A stretch of DNA of 64,000 nt from positions 57,414 through 121,413 of the forward strand of contig CAWFQL010000003.1 of the NCBI GenBank assembly GCA_963817915.1, given 5' to 3'. A program made the translations under genes and the position numbers. Source of the DNA: an uncultured candidate division Zixibacteria bacterium (lineage in GTDB: Bacteria; Zixibacteria; MSB-5A5; UBA10806). Under the pieces are notes generated by a model. That model had not been told where the DNA came from. It was given only the letters and a program-made list of their open reading frames with translations, and did not search any database. Shown here in pieces: positions 27,711 to 36,166 of this stretch; the stretch's first letter is position 1, and every line of letters begins with the position of its first letter.

Positions 27711-28779
27711 TTGCAGGCATTTTCATCAATAAATTTGGGGGTATATTTAATGGCGAATCCGAAAAACATATCTAACCTGCTGGCGTTCAGAATGGCGTCG
27801 CATACGCTTCGCAATATGATAACCAAAAAGCCGATCTGCATAGCGTTGGAAGTAACCCACAACTGCACCGCCAACTGCCGCCATTGCGATAAGGGACCGA
27901 AAGTCGATGACCATGCGGTCGGGGCGTTAGAATATAAAAAGATTTGCGATGAGCTGTCGCCATCGATGATTCAAATCGCCGGTGGGGAGCCGTTGAAACG
28001 GGCCGAACTGCCCGAAATAGTCAGGGCATTATACAATCCCGATAAAATCCCGTTTCTGGTCGTAGTCACCAACGCGTCCTTATTGACCAAAGAAAAATAT
28101 CTCGAACTGCGCGAGGCTGGGATAAAGCAATTCTCGATCTCGCTCGATTTCCCCGATAGCCGCCACGATGATTTCCGCCGAATTCCCGGACTGTTTGACC
28201 ATTTGAATAAATTGATACCGGAATTAATCGCCATGGGCAATGGCGATGTTACAGTCAATACCTGCATCACGAGGGTTAATTATCCCTATCTCATGGATAT
28301 AATCAAGAAAGTGGCATCATGGGAGGCCAAGCTCAATTTCTCGGCCTATACCGATTTACGCACTCATGACGAGCAATACAATTTGAGGCATCCCGAAGAC
28401 ACGGTCACAATTCGACAAAATTATCGATCAGATATATTCCGATGAGACAGCGGCAAGTTGTGTGATGACATCGCAAAAGGTCATGCGTCGTTTCAATAGA
28501 TTCTATAAAGAGAAATGCTATATCCCCAATTGCCAGACCGGATACAAATTTCTGATTGTCAATCCCGATGGCACCCTGACGCCTTGCGCCATGTTCATCA
28601 AGGATCGTTATAAGAGCCAGAAGGAATTGATCGAAAAATTCGTCAAAAAGACCGATTGCGGGGGATGCTATATCTCGATCCGCGCCAATACCGAAAAATC
28701 ACTGTGGGAACTCTTAACCGATAATCTGCGTGCCTACAAACTCGGCCTGAAAAGCGCCGCGAAATATGGGACAAGGTGA
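27711..28779 (+). pseudogene. Radical SAM / SPASM-domain protein split by a frameshift into 27711-28445 and 28462-28779
   Basis: The first ORF carries the CxxxCxxC cluster (HNCTANCRHCDKG). The second ORF has a Cys-rich SPASM-like tail (CYIPNCQTGY...PCAMF...CGGCYIS). The second frame is open upstream back to ~28405 (…FDKIIDQIYSDETAASCV…), so a single +/-1 shift near 28400-28445 separates the halves. Combined length ~350 aa fits anSME/PqqE-like maturases. Confidence 0.6.
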
Positions 28780-28792
28780 TTTTGCTGTCTGC

Positions 28793-29098
28793 TGCGTGTC
28801 GCAGTTTACTGCGACCGCAAGCCATGCATCAGCGGTCAAAGCAAGCTTTGACACGCAACGAAAGTTTTCCGTAGTGGCTCAAAATTTTGAGCCCTCTTAT
28901 GCAGTAGTGGTTTGTTTTGCCGCGTGTCACAGTTTACTGTGACCGCAAACCATGAATCAAACGGTCAAAGCAAGCTTTGACACAAAAGGAAATCATTTTC
29001 TTCTTATCATTCCGCACCCACCACAGCGGGTCTAAATCGGCTTGATGCGGAATCTAGCCTTGAAATAACTCGCAAGATTCCTGCTTTCGCAGGAATGA
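28793..29098. repeat. Repeat cluster: two family-F structured elements plus GTAG, cattccgca and cctgctttcgcagg hairpins
   Basis: Family F copies at 28793-28860 and 28918-28990. gtagtggctcaaaattttgagccctc. tcattccgcaccc...gatgcggaatc. attcctgctttcgcaggaat. Confidence 0.7.
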
Positions 29099-29101
29099 CA
29101 A

Positions 29102-30580
29102 TCACTCCCCGGAATCGTATTCCTTCTTCGCTTGTTGCGCTAATCTATATAATTCCCAGTACGGCGGGCGATAGCCGTTGGTAGTCTGAAATTGATCGGC
29201 GAGCTGAAGGACGCGCGCTTTGATTTTCGCGTGCATCGATGATAGGTACTTATTCCGCAAGGCGCTTTCGGCATTCATGCCTTCGGGTACCGGGCCGATC
29301 TTATTGAATCGATTCAATATCCAGCAATAGAGCTTCATCACTCTGCCAACCGGCAATAGGAAACTATTGTATTTCAATCGTTCGCCTTTGTCCGCGCCTT
29401 CCAGCAAGGCATCGATAACCGCATTGTCGACATGATCCTTATATAACGTTTCGATATCGCGCCATTCTGCCACAACCTTGACCTGCGGATCGTATTCCAA
29501 ATCCGATGGCGCCTGCGTATCGAAGTGAGTCACCCCGAATGCCGCAAGCCACGAGACCACACCCGGCGATGATATATGTGTCAGCTTCGACCACAATGTT
29601 ATGCCCGCCTTTTTATATGGATCATAGACCACCTCAGAACAGAACATTTTTTTATCATCATTGGAATCCATAGCGAAATCGTAGGGGATATGCCTGTTTT
29701 TGGCATCGTCCAGCATCGCTTTTGCGACTTTATGAGGAAGCATCGGATCGGCCTTTAATTGGGGCAAATCATGCCGAAGCCTAAGCACCATTACACGGAG
29801 CTTTTTGTCATTGAGATAATCCTGCAATGACGCTATCGCGACACCTTTTTCAATATGCGATTCGATTATCGAGGCGATACTTGTCGCCGAATCCACATAG
29901 ACCAAGGCGGCATGCGAGAAATTGCCTTGAAAATTATTTCCTCTGGCAATCAAAGCCGATGTTGGCGCGCCGCCCCGCGATATCAAAATATCGCCGCTGT
30001 GGATTGTCACGCCCAATATGCGAGTGAAGGGTGTCGCCGATGGTTCATCCGAACATTGCAGTAATGGCGCTAGCGAATCCGGAGACCGTTGAAGCATGAT
30101 CTCTTCCAGTGCCGCCCTGGCCCCGTATAGCAGACGATAAATCGATATTTGCGCCGCGGTCGAACTCATGTCCCAATTCAATGATTGCGTTTTGATCACA
30201 TTTCTGAGCCTGACTACGAATGATTGATAATCATTAAAATGCTCCGGAAACGCCCCAATCATCACTGCCGACGAAAAAGCATTTTCTTCAAGCCGTGTAA
30301 ATAACGGTGAATCTGCCGTCGCGTTAAAAGTTGAAATGGAATCAAGTAAACTGTTTCCGTTATTCAGGCTCCAGATAATCGTCGGCGCCAATTTCTCTGA
30401 TCCGATCGATTTGCATTTCAGGAATTGCTTTTCGAGCTCTTGCCAACGGTCATCTTGCTTCCATTCGAATGGCTGTTTTTCGCTGCCCTTTTCAATTACT
30501 GTTTCAGGGATGGGGATCAACAGGACAAGATATAATAGAGCCAAAGAGATTAGGCCGATTTTTGCGATTTTCCGAATCAC
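29102..30580 (-). CDS. Hypothetical signal-anchored protein (492 aa). Possibly a permuted papain-fold hydrolase, which is very tentative.
   Basis: N-terminal TM or signal sequence (IAKIGLISLALLYLVLLIPI). Conserved-looking H (NFSHAALVYVD) and C (FCSEVVYDPY) residues in an order reminiscent of the YiiX/permuted-papain families. No firm family assignment is possible. Confidence 0.25.
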   Translation of the reverse strand: MIRKIAKIGLISLALLYLVLLIPIPETVIEKGSEKQPFEWKQDDRWQELEKQFLKCKSIGSEKLAPTIIWSLNNGNSLLDSISTFNATADSPLFTRLEENAFSSAVMIGAFPEHFNDYQSFVVRLRNVIKTQSLNWDMSSTAAQISIYRLLYGARAALEEIMLQRSPDSLAPLLQCSDEPSATPFTRILGVTIHSGDILISRGGAPTSALIARGNNFQGNFSHAALVYVDSATSIASIIESHIEKGVAIASLQDYLNDKKLRVMVLRLRHDLPQLKADPMLPHKVAKAMLDDAKNRHIPYDFAMDSNDDKKMFCSEVVYDPYKKAGITLWSKLTHISSPGVVSWLAAFGVTHFDTQAPSDLEYDPQVKVVAEWRDIETLYKDHVDNAVIDALLEGADKGERLKYNSFLLPVGRVMKLYCWILNRFNKIGPVPEGMNAESALRNKYLSSMHAKIKARVLQLADQFQTTNGYRPPYWELYRLAQQAKKEYDSGE

Positions 30581-30973
30581 GCAATATCATATATAATGAA
30601 TTCAATTCAGACAAGCGAATATCTGATATCGACCCGAAGGTAATTTTGAAATACAAGTTTAAGCAAATTAGAGGGTTAAGTCAGTTCGTAGTCCCGACAT
30701 GAAATGTCGGGCGTGAACTGACTTTTTGGGAGCGCAAATAGGCGGCAGGTCACGTCCGGCGGCTGCCGGACTACGACTTGCCGCAACGGAAAAATCTATC
30801 CTGACAAGCGAATATCCGGTTTTGACTTGAGGGCAATTTTCTCCATACAATTTCAAATGAAAACCAAACCATAAGACGTCTCTATTTAAAGGCTTTCCGA
30901 TTTTATTGAATAATTTATGCGATCAGGTGTATTGCTATTCTGAAATATAAAATTTTATGAAGGGAGTTTTACA

Positions 30974-33028
30974 ATGTTTTCGTTAGGATTAATTTTGGAG
31001 CTGGTGATAGCGGCGATAATTATCTTCGTCGTCTTTATATTGCCATCGATCAGGAATATCGGTCCGACAGAAGTCGGATTGGTCATCAAAAGATTTTCAG
31101 TGAAGAAGCTGCCGGATGATAACCCCATAGCGTTCAGGGGCGAGGCGGGCTACCAGGCGGATCTGCTTATGCCGGGATTCAGATTCAAATTCTGGGTGCT
31201 TTATAGTGTGGAGAAATTTCCCTGGGTGCAGGTGCCCGCCGGCGAAATCGGGGTTGTGATCGCGCAGGTCGGACAGCCTTTGCCGACAGGAGCCAAATCG
31301 GCCATCTATAAAAAAGAGCATGGCGATTTTACTCGGCTCAGAGAATTTGTCACCAATGGCGGCCAAAAAGGCGTGCAGCGTCCGGTCCTGGCTCCTGGTA
31401 CATTGGCGCCGATTCATCCGGTCGGCTTTATGGTCATAACAAAAGAAAAGGTTTACGGCGTGCCGGTTGCGCCCGAGTACAAACGATTGGCTGACAAAGG
31501 CCAGCTAATTCCGATGTCATTCGGGCTTGAGCCTGATAAGCTCGATGTTACCCGTATTCAACCTCGAAAAGTGTCACTGCTTCCGCCCGGTGTCGATGAC
31601 CCCAAGATCGATCGCGCCAGAATCGACGAACGAGCTCGAATAGTCGATATGGTCGGCATCGTGACCGTCTATGAAGGTCAGCCGTTGGAGTCCGGTGATA
31701 TCGCCAGTCGTTTGGGTGGATTCAAGGATATCGAAGAACTCGAAAGCCAGCCCAATATCACCGATTTCCAATTGCAGGAAAAACTGCTTGGGAGCAAGAA
31801 TCATCTTCATAATAACTATCAGGACTTTCAGGCATTCTTAGACAATGGCGGCAAAATCGGGCTTCAATATGATCCATTGCTTTACGGCGCGTACACCATA
31901 AATCCATTTCTCGTGTCGGTCGAGTTAGTGCCGATGTTGGTTGTTGAGCAAGGGCAAGTGGCCGTTATTAAATCCTATGTCGGCTTGCCGACCAAAGACA
32001 CATCGGGAATCGAATTCAAGTATGGCTCGCTGGTCCGCCCCGGAAGGAGAGGTATCTGGCAGGAGGCGCTCAGGACGGGCAAGTATCCGATTAATCCGCA
32101 TTGCTATGTCGCCGAAATCGTGCCGACAGCGATTTTAACATTGAACTGGGCCGAGGCGGTTTCGCAAGCGCATAATCTTGACCGCAATCTCAAACAGATC
32201 ACTGCCAAGAGCAAAGAAGGATTTATTTTTGATATCGATTTGCAGGTGCAGATTCATGTGCCCGATACCAAGGCTCCGCGCGTAATATCGATGGTCGGTA
32301 CGATGCAGAATCTTGTCAATGAGGTCTTGCAGGCGGCTGTCGGCAATCATTTCCGCGACAAGATTCAGAGCATGCCGGCGGTATCATTTATAGAGACCCG
32401 TCAGATGGTGCAGGAGGATGCCTTCAGGCATATTTCGAATAAGCTTTCGGAATATCAGGTAGAAACCAAAGGCGTCTATATCCAGGATGTCATATTGCCG
32501 GAGGCATTGGTCGCGGTGCTGACACAGAGAGAAATCGCCAATCAGCAAATCGATACATTCAAGAAGCAAAGAGAATCGCAGGAGCAGCGTATTCTCATGG
32601 AAAATACCAAAGGCACTGCCGATATGCAGGCCGAATTGGCGAAATCGAAAGTTGAAATCAGCATCAAGGGCAATAGAGCCGATGCCCGCAAGGCCGAGGC
32701 CGATGGCGAATCGACCTATATCGAAAAGACCGGTACTGCTCAAGGCGCCAAAGTAAAAGCTATTGGATTAGCCCGAGCCGAGGCGTTCGAACGGCAAGTA
32801 TCGGCGTTGGGCCAGGTGCCGACCGCGATTGTCAATACGATTACCGCTCTGGCTGAGAATGGCGTCAAGATAATGCCGGATACATTGGTAACCGGTGGTG
32901 GCGGCGCACTCGATGGAGCATTGGCATCGCTGATGGCGTATTTGCGTCCACAACAATCTTCCGCACCAACCGTGTCCAAGAAAAAGCAGGCCGCATCAGA
33001 AAGCGCCGAAGGCAAAGATTCAATGTAA
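30974..33028 (+). CDS. Flotillin-like SPFH/band-7 domain membrane protein
   Basis: 684 aa. N-terminal TM, an SPFH domain, and a long coiled-coil/Ala-Glu-rich region (REIANQQIDTFKKQRESQEQRILMENTKG...AELAKSKVEI) as in FloA/YqiK flotillins. Confidence 0.55.
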   Translation: MFSLGLILELVIAAIIIFVVFILPSIRNIGPTEVGLVIKRFSVKKLPDDNPIAFRGEAGYQADLLMPGFRFKFWVLYSVEKFPWVQVPAGEIGVVIAQVGQPLPTGAKSAIYKKEHGDFTRLREFVTNGGQKGVQRPVLAPGTLAPIHPVGFMVITKEKVYGVPVAPEYKRLADKGQLIPMSFGLEPDKLDVTRIQPRKVSLLPPGVDDPKIDRARIDERARIVDMVGIVTVYEGQPLESGDIASRLGGFKDIEELESQPNITDFQLQEKLLGSKNHLHNNYQDFQAFLDNGGKIGLQYDPLLYGAYTINPFLVSVELVPMLVVEQGQVAVIKSYVGLPTKDTSGIEFKYGSLVRPGRRGIWQEALRTGKYPINPHCYVAEIVPTAILTLNWAEAVSQAHNLDRNLKQITAKSKEGFIFDIDLQVQIHVPDTKAPRVISMVGTMQNLVNEVLQAAVGNHFRDKIQSMPAVSFIETRQMVQEDAFRHISNKLSEYQVETKGVYIQDVILPEALVAVLTQREIANQQIDTFKKQRESQEQRILMENTKGTADMQAELAKSKVEISIKGNRADARKAEADGESTYIEKTGTAQGAKVKAIGLARAEAFERQVSALGQVPTAIVNTITALAENGVKIMPDTLVTGGGGALDGALASLMAYLRPQQSSAPTVSKKKQAASESAEGKDSM

Positions 33029-33690
33029 AACGGGCAATTGCCAATTGACCACAAGGGGGACGATATGTCCCCCTTTTTTATCGCTTCAATATATAAATAA
33101 TCTAAATGCGATATGTATAGTATATGTAAGTATATGTAAACACTTTACATATTCATGTATGTGTGCCAATTACGGGAATTCATCGCTAAATCGCTCTAAT
33201 TTAATTCGATTCTCTAAAATTATTTATTAATAAAATCAATTCCTAATAGTGTGCTGTCGATAATAATAGACGGAGTAGCAATCACAGGGTGTTAAATTAA
33301 AACAATACAATTCCCATGAGTATTAATAGACTCTCCCAACCCTGTTTTTAATTCATTATCTAAATGTGGTTTATGTCCACATCAAATCTATGGCACTTTT
33401 TACTGTATGGGATGGTTTAACAGCTATGAGGTCGAATCTGGACAAAAATTGCATTTGTCCGAATCCGATTTTTCCGCTATAATCTTAATGGGACGATAAT
33501 TTTAATCCAGGGGGTATTCCTGCAGGTAAGACGTGACGCTACTGGGGCCGAGGGGAAATCAAGGTACAGATTACTTATAAGAATTGTCCATATTGTCGCA
33601 TTAATAATATTCGCGGTCTTCCTCTTCCAGGGCATTTCTTATTATCTGGCGCCGTTTTCCCAAAGGCCTCATTTAGAAGATTATAGGATT

Positions 33691-34425
33691 TTGCGACCGG
33701 CGGCGATCTATGGCCATACGTTCGGAGTCGTAGGCTCGTTCTTTATGATTTGCATGTTGTCGTATACTCTAAGGAAAAGGATCAAGCTATTCAAGAATTG
33801 GGGATCGATCGGCAAATGGCTCGACATTCATATATTTCTCGGTATCTATGGTCCATTGCTTGTGATTTTGCATTCGACCTTCAAGGTGCAGGGATTGGTT
33901 GCTGTCAGCTTCTGGTCGATGGTTGCGGTCGCGACGAGCGGAATATTCGGTCGATATCTATATCTACAGATCCCGAGGAATATCCACGGCGACGAACTCA
34001 GCGTCAAGGAGCTCGATGAAATGAGCCAGGGGTATTACGATAAATTGAAAAATGAATTTGGCTTTACCGATGAAACATTAAAGAGCCTGAAAGAGCATAG
34101 TACTTCTGGAATAGATAAGAGCGTAGGTCCGGCAATGGTACTCTGGATACTTATTAAGGACGATATAAAGCATATATTCTCGGGGCGAAAGGAACAGAGA
34201 AAATTGGCGTCGAAGCTGAATATACCGCGCGAAGCAATATCTCGATTTCTTAAATCTAACCGCCGTCAAAATCTTCTCGAGCGAAGAATAGCCCTTATGA
34301 ATGGGGTTCAGCAGATGTTTCATTACTGGCATGTAATTCATAAGCCGTTCGCGTTCGTAATGTACATAGTAATGTTAGTGCATATAGTAGTGGCAGTCTG
34401 GACAGGATACAAATGGATATTCTAA
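33691..34425 (+). CDS. Integral membrane protein with conserved His in TM helices, possibly a b-type haem-binding subunit (DUF4405-like). First gene of the cytochrome cluster.
   Basis: 244 aa starting at a TTG. The frame is open upstream to 33430 without ATG/GTG/TTG, so the start is uncertain. TM helices carry His (YGHTFGVVGSFF; LDIHIFLGIYGPLLVILHS; FHYWHVIHKPFAFVMYIVMLVHIV). Its stop overlaps the next cytochrome start (ATGGATATTCTAA). Confidence 0.4.
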   Translation: MRPAAIYGHTFGVVGSFFMICMLSYTLRKRIKLFKNWGSIGKWLDIHIFLGIYGPLLVILHSTFKVQGLVAVSFWSMVAVATSGIFGRYLYLQIPRNIHGDELSVKELDEMSQGYYDKLKNEFGFTDETLKSLKEHSTSGIDKSVGPAMVLWILIKDDIKHIFSGRKEQRKLASKLNIPREAISRFLKSNRRQNLLERRIALMNGVQQMFHYWHVIHKPFAFVMYIVMLVHIVVAVWTGYKWIF

Positions 34426-36164
34426 GACATATTATTCGAAGAGATATCGGTCGATCAACTGTAGTTACTGCGGTCCGCTGGATAAAAATTCTTGTATATA
34501 TTCTACTGGTATCATTTATTCTGGCATCTTCAGACGCCTTCGCGCAACTCTCACCCGGTAAATTATCAAAAGCGCATTCTGACCTCGAAGGTGTTGAGCA
34601 CTGTAGTCAATGTCATGACTTTCAAGAGAAGTTATCGTCGGACAAATGCTTGACCTGTCACAAGACGCTTGGTGAACGAATAAAAGGCAGCAAAGGGTTG
34701 CACAGCAGACCAGAGTATTCACAATGTCAGACATGTCATATCGAGCACCAGGGACGCGATTTTCAGTTGGTTTACTGGAAAGATGGAGAGCAGAATTTCG
34801 ATCATACATTGACAGGATATACATTAGAAAATAAGCATGTCGGCCTTAAATGCCGCAAGTGCCATTTGCCGCAGAATATTAAGAATAAAGAAATTATGAT
34901 AAGCGATAAGACAAATCAGGATCACACTTACCTCGGGCTTGATAAGGAATGTAATACTTGTCATATCGATAAGCATCGAGGTCAGTTCAAGGATTCCTGC
35001 CAGAAATGCCATAATACGACCGGTTGGAAGCCTTTATCGGGATTCGATCATTCTAAGACAAATTACATTTTGACCGGCAAGCATATTGATGTTAAATGCG
35101 GCAAATGCCATCCTGAGATAGTCGACAATCGTTCATTGGAAGATAGCTCGTACGCTAAATTTGCCGGAGTGGCCTACAAACAATGTCTCGATTGCCATCA
35201 GGATATTCATAAAGGAAAATTCGGCCAGACCTGCGAAACATGCCACAATACCGGCGGCTGGATGAGTATCGCCCATAACAAATTTGATCACAATAAAACC
35301 AATTATCCATTATTGGGAAAGCATATCACTGTAATTTGCGAGAAATGCCACAAACCGGGAAAACCGCTCAAGGGATTGAAATATAATAACTGCGCGGATT
35401 GTCATAGCGATTATCACGTTGGGCAGTTTGCGAAAGCGGCGACAAGTCTAAAGTGCGAAAAATGTCACACAGTTTTTGGTTACTCGCCTTCTAAGTATAC
35501 TATCGCCAACCATGATACCAGCGGATATCCGTTGGCGGGAAGCCATTTGGCAGTGCCCTGTATTTTGTGCCATATGAAAATTAAAATGGCCGATGGTAGC
35601 GATAATGTCAGATTCAAGTATGATTCTGCTCATTGCAAGGATTGCCATAAGAATCCGCATAAGGACCAGGTCGATAAATATCTGAAGGGGGATGGATGTG
35701 AATTTTGCCATAAGGTCGATAGTTGGAAGAAATCGACTTATGATCACGCCAAGGCGAAATTCGCTCTCGAAGGCAAACATATTAAAGCGGATTGTGTCGT
35801 CTGCCATAAACCAGTAAATGGTGAGAAGTCGGTTTATCAATTCGCGGGCTTGCCGAAAACCTGTCAGGAATGTCATAAGGATATTCATCAGGGCCAATTT
35901 GCCAAGGCAGTTAAGGTGAAAAAGACCGAGCAGATGCTGACCGACTGCACTCGTTGCCATACTCCGAATTCATGGAAGGCCGAGAAATTTGACCATGCTC
36001 GCGATTCAGTATTCAAGCTCGATGGCGCCCATCTCAAGGTAGTATGCGGCGGCTGTCACAAGAAGAAGAAGATTGATGATGTTGAATACGCGGTTTATAA
36101 GCCATTGGAAGTAACTTGCAGCTCATGTCACGCCGGCAAGAATTTTCAGAGTACCGGGGGATAG
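34413..36164 (+). CDS. Multiheme c-type cytochrome, ~20 CxxCH
   Basis: 583 aa. Signal peptide VRWIKILVYILLVSFILASSDAFA. I count 20 CxxCH haem-binding motifs (CSQCH, CLTCH, CQTCH, CRKCH, CNTCH, CQKCH, CGKCH, CLDCH, CETCH, CEKCH, CADCH, CEKCH, CILCH, CKDCH, CEFCH, CVVCH, CQECH, CTRCH, CGGCH, CSSCH). Confidence 0.85.
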   Translation: MDILRHIIRRDIGRSTVVTAVRWIKILVYILLVSFILASSDAFAQLSPGKLSKAHSDLEGVEHCSQCHDFQEKLSSDKCLTCHKTLGERIKGSKGLHSRPEYSQCQTCHIEHQGRDFQLVYWKDGEQNFDHTLTGYTLENKHVGLKCRKCHLPQNIKNKEIMISDKTNQDHTYLGLDKECNTCHIDKHRGQFKDSCQKCHNTTGWKPLSGFDHSKTNYILTGKHIDVKCGKCHPEIVDNRSLEDSSYAKFAGVAYKQCLDCHQDIHKGKFGQTCETCHNTGGWMSIAHNKFDHNKTNYPLLGKHITVICEKCHKPGKPLKGLKYNNCADCHSDYHVGQFAKAATSLKCEKCHTVFGYSPSKYTIANHDTSGYPLAGSHLAVPCILCHMKIKMADGSDNVRFKYDSAHCKDCHKNPHKDQVDKYLKGDGCEFCHKVDSWKKSTYDHAKAKFALEGKHIKADCVVCHKPVNGEKSVYQFAGLPKTCQECHKDIHQGQFAKAVKVKKTEQMLTDCTRCHTPNSWKAEKFDHARDSVFKLDGAHLKVVCGGCHKKKKIDDVEYAVYKPLEVTCSSCHAGKNFQSTGG

Positions 36165-36166
36165 GT

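Noticed and set aside
31097-33054. Several 60-120-aa minus-strand ORFs inside the flotillin-like gene
   Set aside because: They are antisense to a 684-aa ORF with coherent SPFH and coiled-coil architecture, so they are likely spurious.
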